Shown: piece after piece, positions 23,902 to 37,158 of the stretch
Layout of the letters: the number at the start of each line of letters is the position of its first letter
Position numbering within the stretch: the stretch's first letter is position 1
NCBI GenBank assembly: GCA_951406725.2
Contig: OX597814.1
Coordinates: 199,764,001-199,828,000 of the forward strand
Direction: 5' to 3'
From: Octopus vulgaris
Lineage: Eukaryota
DNA: 64,000 bases
The notes under the pieces: model-generated
Told to the model about the DNA's origin: nothing
The model's database searches: none
Seen by the model: the letters and a program-made list of their open reading frames with translations, nothing else
Program-made: the position numbers and the translations under genes

Positions 23902-24330
23902 GGTGGCACGTAAAAAGCACCATCCGAATCGTAGCCGAAGCCAGTGCCGCCTCGACTGGCTTCCATAAAATGCACCATCCAAATTGTGGCCGATGCCAGC
24001 GCCACCTCGACTGGCTTCCATGTCGGTGGCACGTAAAAAGCACCATCTGAATCGTAGCCGAAGCCAGTGCCACCTCGACTGGCTTCCATAAAATGCACCA
24101 ATCCGACCGTGGCCGATGCCAGCTTCGCCTGGCACCAGTGCAGGTGGCACGTAAAAAGCACCCACTACACTCACGGAGTGGTTGGCATTAGGAAGGGCAT
24201 CCAGCTGTAGAAACGTTGCCAGATAAGACCGGAGCCTGGTGCAGCCTTCTTGCTTCCCAGATCCCCGGTCGAACCGTCCAACCCATGCTAGCATGGAGAA
24301 CGGACGTTAAACGATGATGATGATGATGAT
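23902..24330 (+). mobile_element. RTE 3'-derived family E with internal tandem units
   Basis: Repeated ggtggcacgtaaaaagcacc; ends acggacgttaaacgatgatgatg. Confidence 0.9.
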
Positions 24331-25339
24331 TATTATAAGTCATGAAAATAAACTCTGTTACAGTTGTTTTCATTCTTTATAAAAAGAAAGAAAATCTTGG
24401 AACTTGATTGTATACTCCAGTGAACCTAAAAGGAGGAATCAGTGTCTTGGTAAGTTGCACAGTATTGGCAATCAGAATATTTAAGCTGATTATAATGTTT
24501 GTTAGTTACCTGAATTCATTTTACATAATATTGATGAAAATAAAGACAATAAGAATGGTATTAGTGATATTTGATAGAAACGTGTTTGAAATAAAGTTTA
24601 CCTTTCATTATGAAGTCTGTTTTCCTTTTAACGACAATGATAAATTACAACTTTGACTTTCGCCTTGATGAGAAGATTCTGCTAGTTTCTGAGCAACTCT
24701 GGCCAAGTTCCAGCTTTTGCTCTTGCCAAATATGTAGTTTCATCTCTCTTCTTATGCATCTGATATTATTCTGTCTGACATTATTGCTGTCTGAATATGC
24801 TGTTGGTATCAAATTGGCTATGGTGCTACCACTTTTCAAATGATAAAAAAAAAAGAAAAAAAAAACCATGTCTTGCTTATATCATTTTTAACTATACACT
24901 TATTTATACACTCTTTAAGAAAAATAAATTACTTTTTCAGCAGTATTAATTTAGTTAAATAGATTGTTAATTAGCTGCAAGGTGAAGAGCTGTTAATTTG
25001 TAAGATATATCACAGTACTTGAAGTGAGAAATAATGTTGCTGCTTTAACTAGGAATACATCAAAGAAAGATGTCATCATTTAGCATCTGTGTTCCATGCT
25101 GGTATGGGTTGATGGGTAGGTTTGTGAAAGCGTGAAAGGAGAGCGGAGATGGTTTGAGATGGGGTCAGAGGTGAATGTAGGCGGAACTGTGATGAATGAT
25201 GAATCTCAGTTTGGGTGGGGATGTAAAGGAAAATAATTGTGTATCAGGGAAGAAGAGGTGATATGTGGTATTTCATAAAGGGTGGTGGTGGTGGAGAGCA
25301 ACAGTATGATAAAACAGTAGAATGATAAGAAATAACAGG

Positions 25340-25885
25340 CACATCACCAATTACAATTACAAGGGTCCCAGTTGATTCAGTCGACAGAACAGCCAACTTA
25401 TGAACTTAACATGCTAGTGGCTGAGTATTCCACAGACACACATACCCTTAACATAGTTCTCAGGAAGATTCAGCATGACACAGAATGTGACAAGGCTGGC
25501 CCTTTGAAATACAGGTGCTAATTATTTTTGCAGGCTGAGTAGACTGGAGCAATGTGAAATAAAGTGCTTTGCTTGAGCTGCTAAACTGGCACTCCACCAA
25601 TTACAATAACAAGAGTTCCAGTTGATTTGATCAACAGAGCAGCCTACTTGTGAAATCAATTTACAAGTGGCTGAGTATTCCACAGACACGCATACCTTTA
25701 ACACAGTTCTCAGGGAGATTCAGCATGACACAGACTGCAATAAAGGCAGCTTTTTGAAACAGAGGGACTACTTAGTTTAGCCAGCTGAGTGGTCTGGAGC
25801 AATGAGAAATGAAGTATGTTGCTCAAGAACACAATCCACTATCAGGAATTGAACTCTGACCTTATGATTGTGAGCTGAATAACCA
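25340..25885 (-). mobile_element. Two tandem family D (CORE-type) SINE copies
   Basis: Duplicated gtggctgagtattccacagacac..gattcagcatgacacag. Confidence 0.8.
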
Positions 25886-25914
25886 ACGACCATGCCATGT
25901 GCCTTCACATTTAT

Positions 25915-26147
25915 CTCTATCTTTATTACCCACAAGGGGCTAAACATAGAGAAGACAAACAAGGACAGACAAACGGATTAAGTCGATTACATCGACCCCA
26001 GTGTGTAACTGGTACTTAATTTATTGACCCCAAAAGGATGAAAGGCAAAGTCGACCTCAGCGGAATTTAAACTCGGAACGTAGCAGCAGACGAAATATTG
26101 CTAAGCATTTTGGCTGGTGTGCTAATGTTTCTGCCAGCTCGCCGCCC
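25915..26147 (-). mobile_element. SINE family B
   Basis: Reverse complement of 18287-18518. Confidence 0.9.
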
Positions 26148-26660
26148 TATGCCTTCACATTTTATCTGCTACAATAGCAGATAAATCACCTCAAAATTTC
26201 ACTCTGTGATCTGAAAACATGAAGGGTACGTTGTAATATACATTGCCCGAAAAAAAAAAAAAACAGGTGGTGTAGTTGTAGATGGAAGCCATTAACCAAA
26301 GTTTAGTATGATCAGGGCTGACTTGAAGTAACTTCTGTGTACGAGAAATTCGTTTCCATTGCAATTTAGTTCCATTTGCTTTTAGTTTGATTAATATGAA
26401 GAGATTCTATAATGTCCCAACACTAAATGGATTAGGCAAGTGTTTCTCGTGGTTGTGATGGGGACTGTGGTGAAGAAATAGCCATGTTTAATAAAATTAA
26501 CCCTGCTATGCTGTATTCCCATTATAGTGGAGAAAGGCTAAAGCTCATCTCTGCCAGATTCCCAGTAAAGTAGTAATGCACAACACTCAAAAGAAAAAAA
26601 GATGCAGTTGATTCTGTCCATTAGTTTACCTGCAATCATTACTCTTGAGCAGTGTATGCA

Positions 26661-27039
26661 GGAGGCACAATGGCCCAGTGGTTAGGGCAGTGGACTCACA
26701 GTCAGAGTTTCGTGGTTTCGATTCCCAGACCGGGCATTGTGTGTGTTTATTGAGCGAAAACACCTAAAGCTCCACAAGGCTCCGGCAGGGGGTGGTGGTG
26801 ACCCCTGTTGTACTCTTTCGCTCCAACTTTCTCTCACTCTTTATTCCTGATTCTTGTCCCCGACTTCCTATGCAACCGCTGAGCCTGGATGTGCACTCAT
26901 CCATCTGTTGATGCTCTCGGTGTCGAGGGTTAACCTGCTTTCTCTTTTGCGGGTCTTACGAATAGCAAAAGACCACGTTTCGGACTTCTCCCACTACAGG
27001 ACGAAAATCACTTCACTCAACAAACAAACAAACAAACAA
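26661..27039 (+). mobile_element. SINE family C head with a distinct tail ending (CAAA)n
   Basis: TSD agcagtgt(a/t)tgca 26648-26660 / 27040-27052. Confidence 0.85.
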
Positions 27040-27305
27040 AGCAGTGTTTGCAACTATTAATTTTCAGTATCAACATCGGTATCCACAGACAATTCTTTTC
27101 TACTCTAGGCACATGGCTCGAAATTTTGGAGGAGAGGGCCAGTCGATTAGATTGACCCAAGTACAAAACTGGTACTTAATTTATCAACCCCAAAAGGATT
27201 GCCACTGTTTCACTATCAAATTCTTCACAGAAGATAATCATGAAATATTTTGTTCTTGGATTTGGTTTGCAAGATTCTTTATATGAGTTCGTGTGTTGAA
27301 GCATA

Positions 27306-27663
27306 TTCTGCTGTCTGGGGAGAGACATTTTCTTTTTGTGCCTTATAATTTAACACACTCACCGGTAAAATTTCCACTTATTTCTTATTTTTATTTTTAT
27401 TTTCCTAAAATTTTTGTTGCATCTTGCAACCTTTATTTTTTTTCTTTGCAACCTTTTCAATAGTCTTGACTCTGTCCATTATTTACACTGCGTTCCTGGA
27501 ATGCAGTGTAAATAACGGACAGAATCAAGACTATTGAAAAGGTTGCAAGATGCAACAAAAATTTTAGGAAAATAAAAATAAGAAATAAGTGGAAATTTTA
27601 CCGGTGAGTGTGTTAAATTATAAGGCACAAAAAGAAAATGTCTCTCCCCAGACACAACAGAAT
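27306..27663. repeat. Fold-back (arms about 170 bp), same family as 5106-5399
   Basis: Centre ttatttacactgcgttc-ctg-gaatgcagtgtaaataa. Confidence 0.9.
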
Positions 27664-27876
27664 CATGAAATAAATCAATCATATTCCAATGAACATAAAG
27701 ATGGATAAAATACTGCTAAGCTTTTTGCCTGGCACCCTAAACACTGTCAACTTGTCATCTTATCCAGTTAAGTAATATAACAAATACTTTCAACAAAAAT
27801 GAATTTTGAAGAAGCATTGCTGTCCATACATATTAAAGAAAATATAACTGCAACAGCCTCACCAAGAATGCTTTAC

Positions 27877-28440
27877 ATCATCATCATCATCATCATCGTC
27901 GTTTAACGCCCACTTTCCATGGGTTGGACGATCTGACTGAGGACTGGCAAACCAGATGGCTGCACCAGTCTCCAGTCTGATCTGACAGAGTTTCTACAGC
28001 TGGATGTCCTTCCTAACACTAACCACTCTGAGAGTGTAGTGGGTGCTTTTACATGTCACTGGCACGAGGGCCAGTCAGGTGGTACTGGCAATGCTCAAAT
28101 GGTGCTTTTTATGTGCCACCTGCACAGGAGCCAGTCCAGCAGCACTGGCAACGACCTTGCTCAAATGTTTTTTCACGTGCTACCAGCGCAAGTGCCAGTA
28201 AGGCAACGCAGGTAACGCTCATGCTCGTATGGCGTTTTTTTACATGTCACCGGCACAGAGGCCAGCTTGTTGCTCTTGCAACGATCATGCTCATATGGTA
28301 CTCTTAGCGCTCCACTAGCACAGATGCCAGTCATCAAATTTGATTTTGATTTCACTTTCGTCAACAGGTCTTCGCAAGCAAAGTTTAGTGTCCAATGAAG
28401 GAAAGGTACACATGTGGGCTGGTTACACCCCTGGCATAGG
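27877..28440 (-). mobile_element. RTE 3'-derived family E, divergent subfamily with several tandem units
   Basis: (CAT)n, ggatgtccttcctaac, repeated gtgccacc/ggcaacga units. Confidence 0.8.
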
Positions 28441-29437
28441 CCACAAGGTTAAGCTCTCTAAAAAAAATCTACCCTAATCAAACAAAGCAGAAATATAGTA
28501 ACGAAAGGGTTAAGAGCTTCTAGACTGTAAAAGTTTATCGGCTGATTTGAATTTGACACTCATGTCCTTGTTTGTGCAGTTTTACATTTGTTATTGTTTA
28601 CATAGAAGATGTCAGTGTAAAACTTCTGTGTTATGGTTTAGGATTATTAAAGACAGAATATAGAATAAATATTTTTCTTGCATCAGTCTATGGTTGTAGC
28701 TTTCATCAATCTTTTTATTTCTACTTCAGATGTTATTTTTTTATTCTTTCTTACAAACTCTTTCAAAACAACGACAGCACTTGATTGTGAAAAATGCAAA
28801 ACACTGTTTGTCTTGTCAAGTTTCATTATCTTAAATTTTACACTGCGTATATGCACCAGAACTGCAGTAATTTTATGGCAGCAAGTCGAATGTATTTGAT
28901 GCATTCCACTACTGTTGCTGCATTTATTAAAAGAAATGTAAAAAAAGCAAAGAAATTCTTAAAAACTTATAACTTTTCCTTTGAAAAGTACCTTTGAAAT
29001 GTTCACATTATGAGTGCTGATATATTTAAGTTCACTTAGTTTCCACTGCTGGCATTACAAAATCAATATTTAAGGTAATAATAAACTTCAAAAATTGATT
29101 TCTTTTGTCAAAATGTTAGAGGAATCAAAAGTTTGGCTATAAAAATCTATGTAGCCATTGATTAAATAGTTCTTAACCATATAAAAGAAAATACACATTT
29201 TTCACAAACATACATGGAATTATATTTACAGAAGTGTTTACAAAATACTTTTTATTACTTCTCTTGAAATCAAAGGTCTTTTTTTTTTATTTCGTAAGTA
29301 AATAATTGAAAATTTTTTTGGATTACATCATAGAATTATTCCAGCATGCTATTAGTCTTTACGTAACAGTGCTTTATATTACGAGAGATCTTGAAAAAAA
29401 TACAAGTGCTTTAAAGTAACATATGACAGTATAAGAA

Positions 29438-29802
29438 AGAGTGGCTGTGTGGTAAGTAGCTTGCTTACCAACCACATGGTTCCAGGTTCAGTCCCACTGT
29501 GTAGCCCCTTGGGCAAGTGTCTTCTACTATAGCCTTGGGCTGACCAAAGCCTTGTGAGTGGATTTGGTAGATGGAAACTGAAAGAAGCCCATATGTGTGT
29601 ATATACATATGTGTATTGTGTGTATATGTTTGTGTGTCTGTGTTTGTTCCTCCAACATCGGTTGACAACCGATGTTGGTGTGCTTACATCCCCATAACTT
29701 AGCAGTTCAGCAAAAGAGAATGATAGAATAAGTCCTGGGGTCGATTTGCTTGACTAAAGGCGGTACTCTAGCATGGCTGCGGTCAAATGACTGTAAAAGA
29801 GT
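29438..29802 (+). mobile_element. SINE family A
   Basis: Colinear with family consensus. Confidence 0.85.
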
Positions 29803-29804
29803 AA

Positions 29805-30480
29805 TCCTTTCTACTCTAGGCACAAGGCCTGAAATTTGTAAGGAGGGAGGGGACAGTCAATTAAATCAACCCCAGTGATTAACTGGTACTTGGTTCATCA
29901 ACCCTGAAAGGATGAAAGGCAAAGTCGACCTTGGCAGAATTTGAACTCAGAATGTAGCAACAGGCGAAATACCACAAAGCATTTCACCCGGAATACTAAC
30001 GATTCTGCCAGCTCATCGCCTTCATGATAATAACAATAATAATAATAATAATAATGATGCTAATAGTAATAATAATAATTTCTACTTTTGGTACAAGGCC
30101 AGAAATTTTGAGGGTAAGGGGAAAGTTAATTTCAGTGACTCCAGTACTCAACAGGTACTTTACTTTATTGACCCTGAAAGAACAAAACACAGTCCACCTC
30201 CACAGTATTTGAACTCAAAACGTCAAGAGCTGCAAGACATGCTGCTGAGTATTTTGTTTCCCTTGAAAGCAATTCTGCTAATTCACTGCCATCGTAATAA
30301 TCCTTTCTACTGTAGGCACAAGGCCTGACACTTGGGGGAGGGGGATAATCAATTACACTGCCCCCAGTACTCACCTGGTACTTATTTCGTTGACCCCGCC
30401 AAAAGAATGAAAAGCAAAGCCCAGCCTTGTGCTGCTAAGCATTCTGTCCAGTGTGCTAATGATTCTAACAGCTGGCCATT
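29805..30480 (-). mobile_element. Cluster of decayed family B copies separated by (TAA)n
   Basis: Three ttctact..ggcacaaggcc tails and tttgaactca heads. Confidence 0.7.
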
Positions 30481-30720
30481 TTAATAATAATAATAATAAT
30501 AGTAATAATAATAGTAGTAGTAATAATAATAATAAAAGTAATAATAATAATAATAGTAGTAATAATAATAATAAAAGTAATAATAATAATAATAGTAGTA
30601 ATAATGATAATAGTAATAATGATAATGATAATAGTAATAATAATAATAATGATAATAATAATAATAGTAATAATAGTAATGATAATAATTGTAATAATAA
30701 TGATAATAATAATAATAATA
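30481..30720. repeat. Degenerate (TAA/TAG/TGA)n microsatellite
   Basis: Direct reading. Confidence 0.95.
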
Positions 30721-31166
30721 AAAAGATGGGCTACAGCAAATATTCTGCTCAATACCACAGATTTGCTTGTCAGTTGAGCATGCCCCTCAGTGGCTGACGA
30801 TATGTGCATCTCTGATCACAAGCAGAAGTAATGGGGAGCATCATAGCCATATGTTGAAAGGAATTCTTAGAAGTTTGAATAATTCACCTTTGGAAACATG
30901 AGTGGTTCGTTCAACATCCTTAAACAATCCTTATTCAGGGACCTCTTGAGCGGAATGGGTTACTCGACCAGAAGAAAATTCTAACTGGGCCCCACCTGCA
31001 AGGACATACGCTGTTTATCTTGATATGAGATCACCATATCGTGCACATATGGTTGTGATGTATGTGCCTAGTGTACACTTATCAGACGGGTAGTCATGAT
31101 GGGTATACTGGGCTTCATATATTTTACCCCAGTGTCACTTTGATGGCATGCACTGCTCTCTCACTC
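30721..31166 (+). mobile_element. Family T, 5'-truncated, embedded in (TAA)n
   Basis: Ends ctctctcactc(aat)n; reverse complement of 56512-56990. Confidence 0.85.
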
Positions 31167-31463
31167 AATAATAATAATGATAGTAGTAATAATAATAGTA
31201 GTAATAGTAATAATGATAGTAATATTAATAACAGTAATATTAATAATAGTAATATTAATAATAATAATAGTAATAATAATAATAGTAGTAATAATTATAG
31301 TAATAATAATAATAGTAGTAGTAGTTGTAATAATAGTAGTAGTAGTAGTAATAGTAATAGCAGTAGTAGTAGTAGAAGTAATGGTAATAATAGTAATAAT
31401 GATAGTAGTAGTAGTAGTAATAGTAATAAAAATAGTAATAATAACAATAATAATAATAATAAT
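31167..31463. repeat. Degenerate (TAA/TAG)n microsatellite
   Basis: Direct reading. Confidence 0.95.
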
Positions 31464-31914
31464 TGTCTCTTCACATTAGGTTGAACTAAAGAATTATACT
31501 GCTTTTTAATACGTGATGTTTTCTCGATACTTGTCATGAGATGACAATTATGTATCACTCTCTGTGATCGTATATTGTCTAGAATGTTAATATGAAATTA
31601 CAACCATCATACAGTTGTCTTTTGTGATTGATGTTCTTTGGTTCATAGTTTCTCATTTCTCTGGCCTATATTCTTTAAATCCACTCACTCTACCCTAGTC
31701 TCCTGTGTCATAATACAACACAATCATTAATTCCAATTTAACTGAGTATCTTTTTACTATTTCCAATATATACTTGATTGTAACTAAGTTGATACTTTCC
31801 AGTTCAAAATAAAAAGAACTACGCTGTAAAGGAAAACAAATACATAATAAATTGGTATCATTTTTTTTTATTAAACTTGGTATTATTTGTCCATCCCTAT
31901 GTAATTGAACTACT

Positions 31915-32315
31915 AGGCGTAGGAGTGGCTGTGTGGTAAGTAGCTTGCTTACGAACCACATGGTTCTGGGTTCAGTCCCACTGCATGGCACCTTGGGTAA
32001 GTGTCTTCTAATATAGCTCCGGGTCGACCAAAGCCTTGTGAGTGGATATGGTAGACGGAAACTGAAAGAAGCCTGTCGTATATGTGTATATATATATATG
32101 TGTGTGTGTGTGTTTGTGTGTCTGTGTTTGTCACACCAACATCGCTTGACAACTGATGTTGGTGTGTTTACATCCCTGTAACTTAGTGGTTCGGCATAAG
32201 AGACGAAAAGAATAAGTACTAGGTTTACAAAGAATAAGTCCTGGGGTTTATTTGCTTGACTAAAGGCAGTGCTCCAGCATGGCCACAGTCAAATGACTGA
32301 AACAAGTAAAAGAGT
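31915..32315 (+). mobile_element. SINE family A, full length
   Basis: Head to gtaaaagagta tail. Confidence 0.9.
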
Positions 32316-33104
32316 ATCTATTCGCAATATCTTTTCACCAATCAATCTAATAATTTTGGCACCGCTTTCTTCTTTTCTTTAAACTGACTCACATCCCAGA
32401 TTTACTTGTTTGTACTGAACCAAAGAACTGGATTATCCAGTTAATCTCTTACATTTTGAAAAAGGATTTTGTTCCTGCCTTGCTTTTGAAACTTTAGTTG
32501 AGAAACTCTTTGATGGAGATTAAAAGATTTTGTCACTATTGTTCAGAAAACAGCAAAACCAATCTATTTCTTTCCTTCTAGTGTAGGAGCTACAAGACTG
32601 GATGTTGTATATGAAACCTCGGAACAGCAGTGCTTTTAATATCTTCTGAATTATTATAGTTGTTATTATTTTTTGGTTTTTCCCTCATATTATTTTGAAA
32701 AACAAAAGCATTAATATTTCTAATATCAGGAGAATATTGATTAGACACAAAAACAATTTCCTTGAATTTACTTGAGAATATTAAAAAACTAAAAATCAAT
32801 GATTTTCTAAAATAGTTTGCAAGAAAACAGTTTATATGGCTTTACAAAATAATTTCAATTAAAATGGAGAATTATTCGAATTTCACTCAAATGACAAGTA
32901 GATAAGATATTGTACGTTCCTTATTTGTGGTTGAAATTCCATAGCTTTTATGAAATATCAACTTCCAAGAATCCATAAAATTATTATATTTCTTTCAGAT
33001 AGCAATGCCTTAAAAATAAAATAAGAAACATTCCTGAAAATATTTAGGATAAGGTTGTCAAACTAATATTAATTCCTTTTGACTAGGGCAAAAGCTAATT
33101 TTAA

Positions 33105-33478
33105 TGGAAATTGTAGTTGTTGATACCTGTGCCGGTGACACGTAAAAAGCACTATCCGAACGTGGTCGATGCCACTGCTGCCTTGACTGGCTTCTGTGCC
33201 GGTGGCACGTGACCTCTGTGTTTGGGGAGACCTATTGAGTCAAGTACATCAACATCAAAATAAATATCATATGGAAATTGTAGTTGTGATACCTGTGCCG
33301 GTGGCACGTAAAAAGCACCCACTACACTCACAGAGTGGTTGGTATTAGGAAGGGCATCCAGCTGTAGAAACACTGCCAGATCAGACTGGAGCCTGGTGCC
33401 GCCTCCTGGCTTCCCAGACCCCGGTCAAACCATCCAACCCATGCTAGCACAGAAAGCAGACGTTAAACGATGATGATG
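33105..33478 (+). mobile_element. RTE 3'-derived family E with internal duplication
   Basis: atggaaattgtagttg..gatacctgtgccggtg occurs twice; (GAT)n end. Confidence 0.85.
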
Positions 33479-34984
33479 TAGTCAGGTAGGTATATAAATG
33501 AATTAAGCCCTTATGATTGCAAAAGTGATTCTTGATTGCTGAATGGTTTGGTCCACAATAGAGGAACTACAGCTCAGAAGGAAGAAGGTACAAACTATTT
33601 AGCAGACAGGATGAGGAAGCGTTTAGTATGGAACTCTATTACTTTTGCTAACTTCGCTGCCCCTTTCTGGATAAACAAAGATGAGGATTTGCTGATTAAA
33701 GCATATACCTGGAATAAGATTTCAGAAAATGAGTCAGCAGGTGCTTTCAGGGGTGGGGATTAACGATGAATTCCTTACATTCTCATTTTTTGAATTCCTT
33801 TATCAAAAGTCTTCACTTCTTTTTTTTTTTCCTCTTAACAAAAAGGAAACCTGATAAAACATTTACAAAAGCTAAGCAATGTAATCATCGCATAACATTT
33901 GAATTTCCAGTTAACAATCTAATGAAATATTAACAGTGGTGTAATTATATGCAAGGGAAGACAGCTGTTATGGCTGAAAATCTATTCTTTGTGTAAGAAA
34001 ATGCTAAAAAATACAAAACATTTTGTCCTTTTTTTTTTCTTCTTCCGCAAAAACATTTTCTTGACTTCACGTTTATGTTTTATCAATGTTTTAGATGTAT
34101 TTTATTTTGGCTCTTTACATAGTCCTGAAGCTTGAGATTTTAGAAAAGAGAAAACGGGAACATAGATTATGAAGGGATGTTGAAAAAAAAAAAAAGAATG
34201 AATACTATACGTAAAAATTAATGGTTCCAGTTGCCATTAGCAACTTGGTTTACCAAGATCTTTCTGTTGCTGTTAACACTAAAATCTAAGCTTATAAATC
34301 TACCAACAGTTATATGGCCAGCCTTGCTCAGGTTTATTACTACCTACAATCTCTACACTCACATGAATTCACTATATTCTATCTTGCATCTTTTATCTTT
34401 TGCCCATTTCAGTCTTTCGACTGTGGCCATGCTGGGGCACCACCTTAAGGAATTTTTAGTCAAATGAATTGACCCCACTATTTACATTTTTTTTAAAGCC
34501 TGGTATTTGTATAGGTTATCTCCAAGCCCAAAGGTTGCTTGAAGATACAAGACATTCTATCATAACTTGCTTATACCTTGCCTAGATCTCATCTACGATA
34601 CATGAAACTATTAGTAACTCATAAGTGTACACTTTTTTCATACATATATATATATACATACACTCACACATATACACACACATACATACCTTAAAATACG
34701 TTGCATAAAGACACTCTGAAAGATGCATACAGTAATCATTTGCCAAATATAGGCAGATAAACAAATTTTAACTTCAGATTAATCCTTAGATTATAATGCA
34801 ACGAAAGTTCACAACAATTATAAAAACTAGACCAGAGTTTTTGTTGTTGCAGTTGTTGTTTTCGTTTTTCATTTTGTGACATTGCATATTTTTAAAGAAC
34901 GGATCAGATGAATAAATTCCAGAACTATATTTACTCAAGTGGATAACTTAGCAAAAATGATTAAAAAAAAAATAAAGAGAAATA

Positions 34985-35400
34985 AAGGCGCAGGAGTGGC
35001 TGGTAAGTAGCTTGCTAACCAACCACATGGTTCCGGGTTCAGTCCTACTGCGTGGCATCTTGGGCAAGTGTCTTCTGCTATAGCCTCGGGCTGACCAAAG
35101 CCTTGTGAGTGGATTTGGTAGACGGAAACTGAAAGAAACCTGTTGTATATATGTATATATATATATATATGTATGTGTGTTTGTTTGTGTGTCTGTGTTT
35201 GTCCCCCTAGCATTGCTCGACAACCGATGCTGGTGTGTTTACGTCCCCGTCACTTAGCAGTTCGGCAAAAAGAGACCGATAGAATAAGTACTGGGCTTAC
35301 GAAAAAAGAATAAGTCCCGGGGTCGAGTTGCTCGACTAAAGGCGGTGCTCCAGCATGGCCGCAGTCAAATGACTGAAACAAGTAAAAGAGAGTAAAAGAG
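34985..35400 (+). mobile_element. SINE family A, full length
   Basis: CpG-rich, close to consensus. Confidence 0.9.
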
Positions 35401-36168
35401 AGAAAGTTGTAAAAAGAAAATATTTACAGAGAAATAAATATATTGTAGTAGAAGTAGAAGCAGTTATAATACCGTTAGTCTTACAGTTTCTGTCTGTCCA
35501 TTTATTTAATCATGGATGAACTTCAATTCTTCTTCTCTGGCAATATGCATATTTCAGTAAAACGTACTTACTGTAATGAGTTTGTGCATCTGTAAAAAGC
35601 AACATAAGTAACTATGCTTGTATGTATGTATGGAAATGTTGGAACAACAACAATATTGAATAAAAGAACAAGATAATATTCATTTTGTAATATAAGAAAA
35701 TCCAGGAGGGCATGAAAAGTAGTTTTCACATTTCACAAGAGATTGTACCATAGTTGTGCATATACATGTAATGTTTAGATTTATACACAACATAGAGGAA
35801 AATCAGAACTGAAATAAATATTACAAAGCTTTGCTGTGGATTAATTAAGAAAGTAAATGTGTTCTTTCTATGTTGTTGATGTGCAGGAAAATAGGAGTTT
35901 CATGATGGGCAATGCCCCTCATTTTCTTCCTCGATAAAGAGCATTGATGAGCTGTTATATGTAGCAGTCAAAAATTAGACTAGCACCATGATGGATAGCC
36001 TAATTTGCATATTTGTGCATTTGACTGATTATCATTAGTTAATGAATATTTATGCATAACATAGTGTAAAACAGAAGAAATTAAATATATTTATATATAA
36101 TATTTATTTACATTTACAATATATATAATTCACAAGAAAAAAATAATTCACGTAAAAATAATTTGCGA

Positions 36169-36545
36169 AGATATCATTGACTCCGTTAATCGTTTCTATT
36201 CTAGACACAAGGCCCAAAATTTGGGGGGAGGAGGACAGTCGATTAGATTGACCCCAGTACGCAACTGGTGCTTAATTTATTGACCCCGAAAGGATGAAAG
36301 GCAAAGTCAACAGATATCATTGACTCTGTTAATCGTTTCTACTCTAGGCACAAGGCCCAAAATTTGGGGGGAGGAGGACAGTTGATTAGATTGACCCCAG
36401 TACGCAACTGGTGCTTAATTTATTAACCCCAAAAGGATGAAAGGCAAAGTCGACCTCAGCGGGGTTTGAACTCAGAACGTAAAGAGAGATGAAATACCAA
36501 TACACATTTCGCTCAGCGTGCTAACATTTCTACCAACTCAAGCGA
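36169..36545 (-). mobile_element. Family B copy with 143-bp tandem duplication
   Basis: Units start agatatcattgactc at 36169 and 36312. Confidence 0.85.
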
Positions 36546-36600
36546 TTGCAGCCCCCCACCCCCAAAAAAATATTAAATAGCTGAAGGATTACAATTAATC

Positions 36601-36721
36601 AAAGGACATACTAAGTATATCTACCTGCTGGAAATAACAGTCAAAACTCTTATTTAAAGGTTGTTTAAAAAAGAGTTTTGACTGTTATTTCTAGCAGGTA
36701 AACATATTTAGTATGTCCTTT
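36601..36721. repeat. Fold-back, arms about 58 bp
   Basis: gaaataacagtcaaaactctt / aagagttttgactgttatttc. Confidence 0.85.
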
Positions 36722-37123
36722 TATTAATATTATAAATATAAATATTACATAATAAGTTCAATAAGAAAGTGAGCACATTCTTTCTATGCTATTACTGTGA
36801 GGCTTTACAGTATAATGCTTAAATTATATTGCATTATCATCATCATTGTCATGTTATGCAATGCATCATCATCATGCATTCAGTGTCCATACTTGTGTGA
36901 GCCAGACAGGATTTGTAGAGGAAGATTCTCAATGGCTGAACACGCATTTTACTGCCAGCTACCACCTGTTTCCAAGCAACATAAAATATTCCCAATGGCC
37001 AAACTTCTTTTTCCAGGGAAGACTCCAGGGAGAAATGAACATTATTCATATGACTGTGATACATTTTTTATAATCATCATTTGATGCCAACCCAAGGCTA
37101 CACTCCCTACCATATACTCATAC

Positions 37124-37158
<35 letters not shown>

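Noticed and set aside
23824-24294. Repeat-spacer-like array that could be mistaken for CRISPR
   Set aside because: The spacers are homologous to each other, the context is eukaryotic RTE sequence, and there are no cas genes
30793-30830. CTGACGA in family T
   Set aside because: No correctly placed GAAA, stem II or stem III
30429-31558. Poly-N/I/L ORFs
   Set aside because: Translations of trinucleotide microsatellites
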